Source of the DNA: the human T2T-CHM13v2.0 reference genome, Homo sapiens
Length of the DNA: 64,000 nt
Strand: one strand, 5' to 3'
Assembly (NCBI RefSeq): GCF_009914755.1
Contig: NC_060944.1
A model generated the notes under the pieces. It was given only the letters and a program-made list of their open reading frames with translations. It was not told the DNA's origin and ran no database searches. The translations under genes were made by a program, and so were the position numbers. This document shows positions 46,035-64,000 of the stretch, piece after piece. Every line of letters starts with the position of its first letter. The stretch's first letter is position 1.

Positions 46035-46742
<708 letters not shown>

Positions 46743-48458
46743 GCACCCACTTTTAACTGTTATTATTACCACATCTTTTTGAATAGCTGAATTTTATATT
46801 ACTTCAGCCAAAATATTGGCAGTCTATTGATTTGATACTGTTTCTTGGAGTCGAGGAGAGTCGTAGTAGCGGGGGCTTGGCGATTTTGTGATGTGTTTCC
46901 TTTGTGCCAGTCACTGTGATGGGCATTTGGCAAAGTCCCTGATCTTGGGCCACTAGTCACTGGGGGAACTAGTAAGTGCAGTGTGGTACGTGCTTTGGGG
47001 GAGCACTTGAGAGGGTGGATACCTGGCCTCTCCTGGGAGGACTGTCAGGAAGAGGTGAACATGTGAGCAGAGTTGAAGATAGGACCTGGTTTGGCAGGCA
47101 GGAAGGACAAGGAAAAGGTGCTCCCGGCAGGGTGGGTAGCAGGGTCAAACACGTCAAATGGCGAGAGCGTGGTATAGCTGCAGGAGGCTAGAGGGTAAGA
47201 TTTTGGAGTTGGAGTTAGGGCTATGGTGATGCAGGCAGCATGGAGAGGGAGGGTCAGTCTTGAGGGCATTTCATGCTGTGTCAGAAGTTGGATCTTGTCT
47301 GAGAAAAACAGGGAACCACTGAAGGGTTTTAAAGGTAAAGCAACACGGTTACACTTGTATTTTGTGAAGATCAGTCTTGAAGCAGTGTGCAGAATGGATT
47401 GCATGGCTTTAGACCGCTTAGGAGATGACTGACTGGGACAATGTAGGTGAGAAATGGCAAGGGCCTGCTGTAAGGCAGTGACAGAAACCAGAGGCGGGAC
47501 TGGGCCTGAGAAATGAAAAAGAGGTAGACTTGATAGGCTTGGAGGGTGGGGAAAAGTCAAGGATGGTTCCCATGTTTCTGGTTTGGGTTGCTGGATGCAT
47601 GGTATTACCTGTGCATGAGCTGGGAAGTCCTGGTGAAGAAATAGAAGGTTTTAAGCTCATTTTCTTTTTTATTTTTATTTTTTTGGGGGACTGGGTCTCG
47701 CTCTGTCTCCCAGACTGGAGTGTAGTGGCATGAACATGGCTCACTGCAGCCTCAACTTCAAGCAGTCCTCCTACCTCAGCCTCCCAGGTAGCTGGGACCA
47801 CAGGCATGCGCCACCTGCTCTGCTACTTTTTGAATTTTTTGTGGAGATGGGGTCTTACCATGTTACCCAGGCTGGTCTCAACTCCTGAGCTCAAGCAGTC
47901 CTGCCTCAGCCTCCCAAAGGCCTGGGATTACAGATGTGAGCCACTGCACCCAGCGTTAAGCTCATTTTAGATTTGTTGAGCCTGACTTGGCCTTGGTGAC
48001 ATCTAAGTGGAGATGCCAGTAAAGTTGGAATCAGAAGAGACTGCCACTTGGTAGCTTTGTCACCTTCATCAGATTACTTGCCAATTTGAAGCCCCAGTTT
48101 CTTTTTCAGGTAAATGGGGATAGTGATAATCTCTACCAAAGGATCATGTTGTTAAAAGGAAGAGCTTCCTAAATACCCAGCACAGTCCATGGCCAGACAG
48201 GTGATCCGGGAAGTGGTTTCCTTCTTTCCTTTCTAAGGTTCGGAAGGACTCAAGCGCCTTCAGGCTTATTGCTCTTTGTACGAAGTGAGCAATTTTGGGT
48301 AATACCGTGTCCTATGGAAAGTAACTACTTAACTAAATTCAGGTAGCTCATTCCTTAAGCCATCTATAATGGCTGAGAATGTTATCTAAAAACGCCTTTG
48401 CTTTTCCTGGTTCACTACATGTGTCACCACTTAACATTGACTTTTCCCCACTGTGTAG

Positions 48459-48641
<183 letters not shown>

Positions 48642-49113
48642 TAATTATGAGAGTCCATTATTGTGAGTGGGAATTCCATTCCTGTGATTTTTTTTTTTTC
48701 CTTAAGAAAGTATAGTTTATGTTTCTCCTAAGTTTTTACTTTTCAAGGGTTTTAAATAACCTTTTTGTACAGTTTTTGCTTTTCTTCTGGTAGGTCTTGA
48801 TTTTTTCCTTTCCATCTGCCTTTAACACGTAAAAATGTTCAAAGTGTACCCCCACACGAGGTTTCTGGAAGTCATTTTGTTGAACATAGGAGAACCATAT
48901 AAGTAGAAAGGTAACTTGTCAGCATCTTTTCACATGGGAGTGTTGTACCGAAGTTTTGCAAACATTTCATCCTGGTGTCTGGGGATTAGAGGGGGATGAG
49001 CATGTGCGAGGCGGAGGTGACTTTGGCAGCTGCTCCGCATTCTGTCTTTGCCATGCCTGCCACAAATTGCCAAGACCTGTTCTAAAACTCTGTGTCTGCC
49101 AATTCTTTCTTAG

Positions 49114-49290
<177 letters not shown>

Positions 49291-50026
49291 TGAGTTGTCA
49301 TCTCGAGCATTTCTCAGGCTTCATTTGTCTCGGGTCCTATCCTAAGAGGGCTCATTCATTGGTTCAGCAAATACTTTCTGGGCAAGTACTTGCAGTAAAT
49401 ACTTCCGTGTGCCAGGTGCTCTGCAAGGCACCGCAGACATGATTGCATGAAGGCAAGTAAGGTCCGTGTCCTCGTGGAGCTCACATGGACACAGTCTTCT
49501 GCGAGCCTCGCAGACAGAAGGCAAGCGCTGAGCCAGAGCATGAGCACACCACCACCTAGAGATCCAGTTGCCTTGTGCGGTTGGAGGGCTAGAGCAAGGG
49601 CAGATAACTGAGAAGGAGCCACGTGCATGTCTTGTTGAGGCTTGGCTAGGGCAGGATGACATGTTGGCAGTGGAGGCTCTGCAAAGTGGGGGCTCTCAGG
49701 ATCCCTGGAAGTTGTGAAAGACAGCATCTGGTGGGTGAGGTGGTTGCTCAGAGGGTGGAGTATTCTAGGAATCAGACTCTACTACTCTGCAAAAGGCTTA
49801 GGTGAAGGAGAAGCACCTTTCCTATTTGTTATAAATGGAAATATTGTAACTTCAGGGTGTTTTTTGCTAAGCTCTTAAGTGATAATATGTGTAGTTTTAA
49901 ATTTTTATTTATTTAGAGACAGGATCTCACTCTGTCACCCAGGCTGAAGTGCAATGGTATGATCAAACTCACTGCAGCCTTGAACTCTGGGCTCAAGTGA
50001 TTTTCCTACCTCAGCCTCCCGAGTAG

Positions 50027-50359
<333 letters not shown>

Positions 50360-50508
50360 TAATTTTTTTAGTTTTTAGTGGAGATGGGGCCTGTCTGTGT
50401 TGTCCAGGCCGGTTGTAATTTTTTTTTTTAACACTTAAACTGCTCCTTTAAAACAATATTTTTTTTGTCATTTTATTTGTGTTCACCGTTTCACTGCAAA
50501 CCCTGAAG

Positions 50509-50556
50509 GAGGGTGTGGAGCACCGTTCTGGAATCCCGTTCGTTGTTTAGCAAGAG
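50509..50556 (+). CDS. RPN2: Candidate alternative 48-nt cassette exon in RPN2 intron 4
   Basis: ccctgaag|GAGGG...CAAGAG|gttggt; phase 2-2; no stop; adds RVWSTVLESRSLFSKR; ~100-nt AG-free upstream zone. Confidence 0.5.
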
Positions 50557-52769
50557 GTTGGTGATACCAAATCCCCCTTTCAAAACAGTGAGATTGTTTC
50601 CCAGGTTTTTTTGTTTGTTTTTTGTTTTTTTGCTGACAACCAGATTTTCTGTAAACTTAAAGCTTTGTTAAGGACAGGGTTCACAGGCAATTGACATTCC
50701 CTCTCTGTCCCTCCTCACACCCTCCCTATATTCACATGGTCAATCATCAGTGACTCTAGGGCTGACATTTTGTACACACTTTGTCCAGTGCTTGGACCTT
50801 TTGGGCCTTTGATTTCAGGTGACATATTTTGATATCTGCTTTTAATCCCTCATGGGGAATGCTTCTCCAGTCACCATCATCTCATGCCATGATGCCACTG
50901 TTAGTGCCTGTGCCTTACTTTGATGCTACCTTCTACAAAAAAAATTCCCATTTCCTTCCAAGCAGAAGGGAAAATCCCCTTCCTCAAAACCCCAGAACCC
51001 CAGGAAGAAGTACAAGGGAAGTACGTCCACTTTGGAGTCAGACAGACTTAGGTTTGAACACCAGCTATTTCATTCCTTGTGTCTGACTTTGGCCAAATTT
51101 CTAACTTCTCTGAGCCTTGCCTTTAAAATGAAACCCATAATTCTTACATCAAAGCAACTGACAGGATTAAATGAGATAATAGGTGTGAAGACCCTAGCGC
51201 AGTGCCTGGTTCTTGGTGGGCGTGTAGGAAACGGAGTTCCTTTTCTGGACCATTTGTTTGTTAGGTCCCTAACAAACAGGTCCCCCTTCTTAGAGAGTTT
51301 GTTACTTCCTTCGTTGTTGTTATTTGTATGTTAGGTCATAAGCTTTTTTTTTTTTTTTTTTTGAGACAGGGTCTCACTGTGTCATCTAGGCTGCAGTGCA
51401 ATGCGATCATATTTAAAGCTCACTACAACCTCAAACTCCTGGGCGTGAGCGATCCTCCCACCTTAGCCTTCTGAGTAGCTGGGACTATAATCACATGCCA
51501 CCACACCCAGCCATAAGCTTTACTTGCAGTGCTTAGAGAGCCTGGCACATGGTCTGTACCCAACGGAGTTAATAAAGGATGAAACTATACTTTTGTGTTT
51601 CTGCTGTCTTGTAGAAAGCTCATAGGTAGGAAGAACATACGCTTTGGAGCAGAAAGAACTGTGTTCAAATCCATTCTTCTACTCAACCTCTGTGACCATG
51701 AGTGGGTTGTTTAGCCCGCCTAAACCTCAGTGTTCTCATATGCAAACCTGGAGAATGTCTCGTAGGGTCATTGTGAAATCCAACTGGTAGGTTGCCTTAT
51801 ATTACTACTAATTTGCGCTATTAAAGGCAAGCTGATATAAATTAGAACTCTTCTGAATGGGCCTTCTATATTTAAATGGGCTTTTTCTAGGAAGTGTATA
51901 TTTGTAAACTTGTCTTGAATGGAAAAAAAGAAAATACTTGTAGATTTGAATGAACCACCTGAGAAGATCTCATTGTAGTCTGTCATAAATCAATTTCTCT
52001 GAATCATCTGCTATATATTAGCAAGATAAGATCTGCTTTCTTAGTGTTCGAATACAGTACTATGCTCCAGAGAAAAAGAAATTGCTGGCTGGGGAATAAG
52101 TAATTAAAGCCAGTGACAAAACTTTCTAAAACTCAGTGGATTAATTTCATTCTAAAACTTCTGAGGTTGTTACCAGCACGGCACTCTCTCATTCCAAAGA
52201 GAAAAAAATGATATCTTAATTGAGAAGTTCTTTCTAGGCTATCTTAACTGCCTTTTCTGAGCACAGCGTTTATCACGGGCAGATGTGTGATTTTTGTCTT
52301 GTTTGGAAATTCAGGTTTCATTTTCTCAAGTGTATGATAACAGCAAGCATCCCATAGGTGTCGTTGAATACTCTGGGGCTTGTCTCTCTGTAAATTGCGA
52401 CTCTGCTGTTTTCCAACTTGTCATCTTAATGGAATGAGTTTCCCATGGAGAGAATCTAAATTGTTATGTTCTTGACATAAGCAGACAGATTCTTGCTCTA
52501 CATTCCCTGACATATTGACTTGATAAGTGGTGGTTTTACACAAGGGCCCAGTCATCTCTTAGGAATTAGGAAACCATTCGGGGTGGAAGCAGCAATCTGT
52601 TTAACCACCAGGGGGCCTCTCCTCTCCCAGTTTCACCCAGAAAAGCACCATTTATATTTTCCAAATTATCTGTATTAAGATAATAGAATCTAATAAGTCT
52701 TACATGTATACATCTATCATGTTCCATCTTAAAAAGCTTATCTTCCAGAATTATAGATAAAAATATATG

Positions 52770-53420
52770 AATAAGCCATAAAAAAGAATGAAGTGCAGAT
52801 ACGTGCTACAACATGGATGAGCCTTGAAAACATTCTGTTGAGTGAAAGAAGCCAGACATAAAAGGACACAGATTGTATGATTCCATTTCTATGAAATAGC
52901 AGAATAGGCAAATCCGTAGAGATAGAACATAGATTGCTGGTTGCTGAGGGCTAAGGGGAGACACAATGGGGAGAAACTGCTCGGTGGGTTTTATCTATTT
53001 TTTTTGGAGACAGGGTCTCACTCTGTCACTTAGGCTGAGTGCGGTGGTGCAATCACAGCTCACTGAAGCCTCAACCTCCCTAGCTCAAGTGATCCTCCTA
53101 CCTCAGCCTCCTGAGTACCTGGGACTATAGGCATGTGCCACCATGCCCAGCTAATATTTAAATTTTTTGTAAAGATGAGGTCTCACTGTATTGCCCAGGC
53201 TGGTTTCGAACCCCCAGGCTTAAGTGATCCTCCTGCCTCGGCCTCCCAAAGTATTGGGATTACAGGTGTGAGCCACCGTGCTCAACCAATGGGTTTTATT
53301 TTAGACTGATGGAAATATTTGGGAACTAGACAGGTGGTAGTTGCACAACATTGTGAATGTAGTAAGCACCCCTGAATTGTTTGCTTTTTAAAATGGTTAA
53401 TTTTATGTGAATTTTGCTTC
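52770..53420 (+). mobile_element. L1MB-like 3' fragment interrupted by an antisense Alu (~53000-53288)
   Basis: acaacatggatgagccttgaaaacatt...gtgaaagaagccagac; ttgcacaacattgtgaatgt. Confidence 0.8.
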
Positions 53421-53893
53421 AATCTTTTTTTTTTTTTCTGAGACAGGGTCTCACTCTATTGCTCAGGCTGGAGTGCAGTGGCTCACTGCAACCTCTGCCT
53501 CCTGGGCCTCAGCCTCCCAAGTAGTTGGGACTACAAGCACACGCTACCATACCTGGCTCATTTTTAGTATTTTTAGTAGAGATGGGGTTTCACCATCTTA
53601 CCCAGGCTGGTCTTGAACTCCTGGGCTCAAGGAATTTGCCTGCTTCAGACTCCCAAAATGCTGGGATTACGGGCGTGAGCCACTGCGCCCAGCCCAATGC
53701 CCACGGTTCTTCTTGCCAGTTCTGTTGCCTGGGTTGCCTTCTCAGCTGTGATGATCTTTTCCAGGTTTTGTCACATCTGTCCTAACTGGATTATAAGTAA
53801 ACTCCTTAAAGGCTGAGACCAACTTGTACTTCTAAAGAACAAGAGTAGGATATTTGTGAAAGTGTCCAAGTACGGGAAGGGGTGAGTGGATGA

Positions 53894-54016
<123 letters not shown>

Positions 54017-54714
54017 TGAATCTTTTGCCAAATGCATCTCCCAGCTCCTGTCTTTGACACTCTGCAGAAGAATCTTGCAGATAGCCATGCATGATCTGTT
54101 ACTACAGGTTACATTGCTTCTTATATCCATGGCACACTTGTGTTCTTTGTATTAAGGTATTGTGTCCTGAGGAATATTTGTGCCTATTACATAATAGGTC
54201 CTCAGGACGTGGTGACTGTGGTTTTTATTATTGCTCTATCCTTGCCTTTGCCCAGAATATCATGCTCCTCTGGGACCTCTGTCATGGACTGCCTGGCAGG
54301 AGTGACAAGCAGTCCTGATGGTGTTCTCACTGGATGCTTCACAGGCACGTTGGTTGCCTAGTCATGTTGCCTAGGAGAGCAGTATGTCTCTCTTTGTCTT
54401 TTGGAGCATTAAGAAATTCTGGGAAACGCTGTGCTTTGTAGGTTGTATTCAAATGGATGGCCATGGACTCCATCTGTGTCATGATGCTTCCTGGGTGCAC
54501 AGCAGCCTGGCCCACTGGCTTTCCACCCAAAGCAGCTGGCGTGTTCTGTGCCATGACTCCTGGGCTTGGGCCTGCATACAAGGGGCCAAGGAAGGAGCCC
54601 TCCCAAAACTGCAGAAGATAGTGCTCTCCTCAAATGTCTGTTTGATATACTTTACTCTGCCTAAGCACCATTTTTGAGAAAGTATGAAGTGACTGAGATG
54701 GTCTTCAGATTTAG

Positions 54715-54963
<249 letters not shown>

Positions 54964-56770
54964 TAACAATTTTCAGGCATGAAACCCAAAGGGGTCATCA
55001 GCTGTATCTGCTAAGGATGGCTTTTATCAGAGAGGAATGTTCAGACAGTACCTTGGGATGCTGTCACTCAGTGTCCTGGGTTAGGGATTAAGAATGAGAA
55101 ATAGAAAGATGTAATGCCTGTCTTCAGGAAATGGGTTGCTAGTGAGGTAGACGTGTAAACAAACCATGCTTGCTTTAAATGGGGTATGTACATGTCACGA
55201 GGTAGTATCAAGGAAGCCACGTGTATTACTCCTGTTTCATCTCCCTTTCTTCCCAGTACCCTTTTCTGCTTGTCGCCTGAATGCTTTCCACTCTGGTGGC
55301 TCATTCAGATCCTTCTCTGGGCTCACAATTGCTTCTCCTCCCTTCCCCCTTATGCTCAGCAACGGCTAAATCTTAGCTAATCTTTGCTGATGGACATAGT
55401 TCACTGAGAGGCATGTGTGTCTATCACACATCCGCCAAGAGTTCATTCTTTTTCTCAAGAGGAGGTTGTTAACCTGAAAGAATCTTTAGTTGGAATGCAT
55501 GTGGGAAGCCTTTTTGAGTAGGACCGTCTTTGTACCCCTTGTTTGTGAGAAGTTACCAGCCCTTAATCTAAAGTACTTAAAATACAAGCTGCTTTTATTT
55601 AAATTTTAGGAGGAGAGATTTGGGTTTTAAGTGAGAATTTTCATTTCTTTATGCATTATGAGTTTTGTGCCAACTTTCTTTAAGTAAATAGTTATCTGTC
55701 TTGGATAATTGGAATTAATTTCATATTTTCTCCATGTGGTCAAATAAGTTATTCATGTGTTTGCATTCTTTTTGTGTCTCTTCCTTTGTCCTAAGTGTAG
55801 GAGGTCTAGAAATATACTCCCTTTTAATTTCTGTTATGGGTGAAATTGCAAGAGTGTGGGGTCTTAGGGTACAGATTGTTTGCTGATTGTCCTATACACA
55901 GTAAAGTAGATGAATTAATGATATTGTACTTATACAACTTAAACATTTTCTTCCTTTATTTCCAAGCTGCTGCTAACCAGGTACTTGGCTGGAGTAATTT
56001 CGCTGTCACTGCTTTTGACAAAACAATTCTGGTGAACAGTCACCCATTTTAACGTGTCAACAGAGTAGTGATGGAAAATTGTAATTGGTCCAATTAAAGA
56101 AAATTCTTTCATGTTGACTGTGAATAACACTGTCAGGAACAAGAGAGCCCTTTTGTTGGATGGTAGATTTTAAAAAACAAAACTGATTGAAGGGGAAAAT
56201 GTTTCCTCCTAAGCAAATAACCTCCAGAATTTTAATAATGCCTTTTAGGTTCCACTTTTTTAAAAAATTGCTTTTAGTTTTCTCCTCTAAGCAGCCCATT
56301 AGTTCTTAATGGAGAGTTATTTTAGTTTCTTTTTAATGTACATTTTAGCTATAAAGTTTGGTCTTATAAATAAAAACTTTGCCTCAATGTACTACTTACA
56401 AGTAGGTTGGGAGGAAAGGTAGCTTAGCTGGGAGGATAATGAGAATCAGGAAAGAACAGATTTTCTTGTAGAAGGACTTTGGAGACAAACAGTCCTACAT
56501 TTGAATGTTGGTCTTGCTAATGTTGTGGTAACTTGCAGAAGTTATTTAGCCTCCTTTAGCCTCAGTTTCATTTTTTGGGAAACATTGATAATAGCAATCT
56601 TTTATAGTTTTTGTCAAAATTTGAGTTAATGCATGTAAAGCACCTATCATGATGCCTGGCATATATAGACATTAACAAATAATTACTATTATATATATTT
56701 CATAATATAGTTTCATATCTCAGTAGTTATCTGGAAGTACCCTGCATTTGTGTAGTAAGCATTATTATGA

Positions 56771-57067
<297 letters not shown>

Positions 57068-57250
57068 TAATAAGCACTTATTAAATAACTGACAAATCAT
57101 GAATTTCAGTTTATAAAGGAAGATGGAAAAAAAAACAACCACATCCAGGTTCTAAGTTTAAATGCAGAATATTTGCGTTTTCTCCATCTACGAATTTGGA
57201 TCATTGACCAAAAGACCTCCCATGTGAACACCCGAAACAGATAAGGGTGA

Positions 57251-57661
<411 letters not shown>

Positions 57662-57735
57662 TGACCACTCGGTGAACTAGCCACAGAACCCTTCAAATCT
57701 ATTAAAAAAATTTTTTTCCCCTCGTGGATTTTTAA

Positions 57736-58335
<600 letters not shown>

Positions 58336-60079
58336 ATACAGGCTTTCAGTAAGTGCAGGAATATTGCATTTCTAGGTCTATAACTCCAGATGTATAGAGA
58401 AGTCTTGCATCTAAAATGCACTTCCCAATACCAAACTTTCTTTTTCATATTTTTTTGGTTTTGTTTTGGTTTTTTTTGAGACGCGGTCTCGCTATGTTGC
58501 GCAGGCTGGAGTGCCGTGGTGCGATCATGGCCCACTGCAGCGTAGGCTTCCTCCAGTACCCAAATTTTCTAAATATGTTATTTTACGACAGCTGTTTTAA
58601 TTCTCAATTAATTCTGGTGTTTATGGTTGATCAGTTCTCTTTTTCCCTGGTCCTTGATGGGATATCTTTTTGCCTCTTTATAGCACAGTCCTCCCTTTCA
58701 CTCAGCAGTAAGCATAGACTTCTCCTTTGTGTTAACTCCTTGAACAGAGCACATGCACAGATCTTGAATATGCTTAGAACTTTTATCTCAAATGAGGCGT
58801 TTTGTTGCTGTTGTTTGGAACCAGTGATAAGCTAAGATCTTCATGAGAAATTAGCACTTTATTTATGTCTAAGTGTTGGGTTTCCACTTAGGACAGTTCT
58901 GTCTGTCCCATTAGTTCTACTTTGGTGGCCCCTGCAGATATCCTCCTGAGCGAGTACCCTGTTCTTCAAAATTGCCCATTTTCTCCCTACATACAACTCA
59001 TATACCCTCAACAAAGACTTGGGTAGAAAGTAACCTGAGTAACATGGTTTCCTGTGAGTCAAGAGGGGCTAAGAGAACAAAGTGGAAAAAGAATTGACTC
59101 TGAAGTTAAATAGATGGTTTGAGTCCTGGCTCAACTGCTTAACTGGCCATGTGACCTTTAGCAGTCCCTTAACCTCTTGTGGCTTGTTTCTTCACCTGTG
59201 CAATAAGGATTATTCTATCTGTGTCGTACAATTGATAGGAGAATGTATGTAAAGGGCCTAGCCTGGTATATGCATATAGTTGACTTTCAACAAATGATAG
59301 TTATTAATATTATCCATATTTCTTTAATTTTCCCATTGCTGATACCATTCTAAAGTATTTTTCTGGCTGATTTATTTATTAATTTTTTAGTAGAGACGGG
59401 GTCTCACTGTATTGCCCAGGCTGGTCCCAAACTCCTGGCCTTAAGTGATCCTCCCATCTCGGCCTCCCAAAGTACTGCAATTACAGGCATGAGCCACTGC
59501 ACCCAGTCTAGCTGAGACATTTTTTTTTTTTCTTTTTCAGAGACAGGGTTTCCCTCTGTTTTCCAGGCTGGAGTATAATGGCGCAATCATAGCTCATGCT
59601 AACTCTTGGGCTCAAGCAGTCCTCCTGCCTCAACTTCCTGAGTATCTGGGACTACAAGCACATGCCACCATGCCCAACTAATTTTTTAATTTAAAAAACT
59701 TTTTTTTTTTTTGGTAGAAACGAGGTCTTGCCATGTTGCCCACGCTGTTCTTGAACTCTTTGGCATCAAGTGATCCTCCTGACTCAGCCTCCCAAAGCAC
59801 TGCAATTATAGGCATGAGCCATCATGCCCAGTCTGATAAATTCTTTTAAAGATTCTGTAGTAGAGTGGATAGAATAGGGAATCAGAAAGAAGGCAATATA
59901 TTGGCCAGGTGTGGTGACTCATGCCTGTAATAATTCACTTTAGGATTAGGCAGCAGGCCCAAGGTCAGCCAAGATTTCCCGAAGCAGGGGATTTGCTCTC
60001 CTGCAGAGCTTGCAACCTAAAGATAAAGCACCCCAGAAACAAAATTCTCTGCTCCTGTAGCCTTTGTTGTAACAAATAA

Positions 60080-60217
<138 letters not shown>

Positions 60218-60579
60218 TAAGTCCTGATCATATTTTGGCGGGGCGCTGACCTCTTTGTTTTGGAAAGTTAGCCTGCAGCCAGTGTAACAGATTAATACAT
60301 TCCAGTTAGGTAAATTTGATCTACTGGTATCGAAAGCCTACAGTCGAATGTAAGAAAATGATTTTTAAAATGAAGATTATTTGGTTTTACTGTTTCATTC
60401 TCTATTTCTAGTTGGCTCTGTCTTGTCATTGTGACATAAGTAGCTATTTTGAAATTTAATATTTATTGATTTTTTTCTGATAAATAATAATGTTTATTAT
60501 AGGAAAAATACAGCAAAGCACAAAAAAAGAAAATATAACTTACCCATAATGCTACCATTCAGAGATAACTTTTGCTAAC

Positions 60580-62820
<2,241 letters not shown>

Positions 62821-63774
62821 CTTATATGGAACTTTTTGAAGTGTTAAATTAGGTAATAAGTTATTGAGATCAGGAGTTTTCAATTTTAGAGAGAAAATGC
62901 ATTTCTTAATCATAAGGATACATAGGCAATATGTGAAATTAAAAAGCAAAATCATTTTTAGGCGTGTCAATGGAGTGGTAAAAGACATTGAGATTTTACT
63001 ATATAGTTAGAGTAAGGAATTCTCTACCTTTTTTTCCCTTTAAAATAAAAATAAATATTTTTAATAAAAGTAAGATATGTCCTTTTTGAGAAATTCACAA
63101 AACACGGAAAGGTAGAAATCATACCAAAAAATTAGCCACAATTATACTATCGTACACCAACCTCTTTGTACATTTTGGAGTATTTTCCTCTACATTTTTG
63201 TTGTCATTGTGAAACATATGTGGGATCACATTGTAAACTTCTCAATTTTACATTACACTGTGGAAAGCTACCAGGAGTTTGAATTTTAGGAGTGGTGGGA
63301 GTAACAAAGGAAAAGAAAACGTTGGAAACCTAGGGGTGTTCATCTTAGATACTTTTCTCCACATGCCAATCTGTGATTAAGCACGAGGGTCAGGCCTGGT
63401 GACTCATGCCCCAGCCTGCACTTTGGGAGGCTGAGGCAGGTGGATCACTTGATCTCAGGACCCTGTCTCTACAAAAAACTGCAAAATTATCTGGACGTGA
63501 TGGTGCATGCCTGCTGTCCCAACTACCAGGGAGGCTGAGGTGGGAGGATCAGTTGAGCCTACGAGTTTTGAGACTGTGGTGAGCTGTGATCGTGCCACTA
63601 TACTCCAGCCTGGGTGACAGTGAGAACCTGTCTCAAAATAAAAAAAAAATAAGAAGCACGAGATTGCCCAAGTGGGGTGGGAAGTCAAAAAGGTAAGGAG
63701 TTGGCTAGCCTTGGACAGTCTCCAGGAGACATTTTGTAGCTCCTGTTTGTTATATCCATGACTTTCCTACCTGA

Positions 63775-63945
<171 letters not shown>

Positions 63946-64000
63946 TAGTATATCCAAGGATATGGCCAAATTGACACAGTATTAATTGTCTGGTGCATTG

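Noticed and set aside
49030-49113. Upstream alternative acceptor extending RPN2 exon 4 by 84 nt
   Set aside because: The extension ends in an in-frame TAG (the normal acceptor) and has a poor pyrimidine tract.

Overview
This is primate (human-like) genomic DNA. It holds two intron-rich genes arranged head to head, with overlapping first exons inside a CpG island at about 29.3-30.1 kb. On the + strand is RPN2 (ribophorin II, an oligosaccharyltransferase subunit): coding exons 1-9, ATG at 29705, 364 codons in the window, continuing past the right edge. On the - strand is MROH8 (maestro heat-like repeat family member 8, C20orf132): coding exons 1-8, 368 codons, continuing past the left edge. I reconstructed all 17 exons by hand, with GT-AG boundaries and consistent reading phases. 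The introns contain about 80 full or partial Alu copies (counted by eye), an older-type SVA with a 15-bp target-site duplication (TSD), L1/L2/MIR/MaLR/MER fragments, a ~450-bp polypyrimidine tract and a (TG)23 repeat. Almost all ORFs in the supplied track are repeat-derived artefacts. I see no novel multi-gene system. The best leads are: (1) a frame-preserving 48-nt candidate cassette exon in RPN2 intron 4 with microexon-like upstream signals; (2) a heavily decayed RPL13 processed pseudogene in MROH8 intron 4; (3) the antisense CDS-on-CDS overlap of MROH8 and RPN2 exon 1; (4) an SVA polyadenylated prematurely inside SINE-R; (5) several fold-back or tightly spaced inverted Alu structures.
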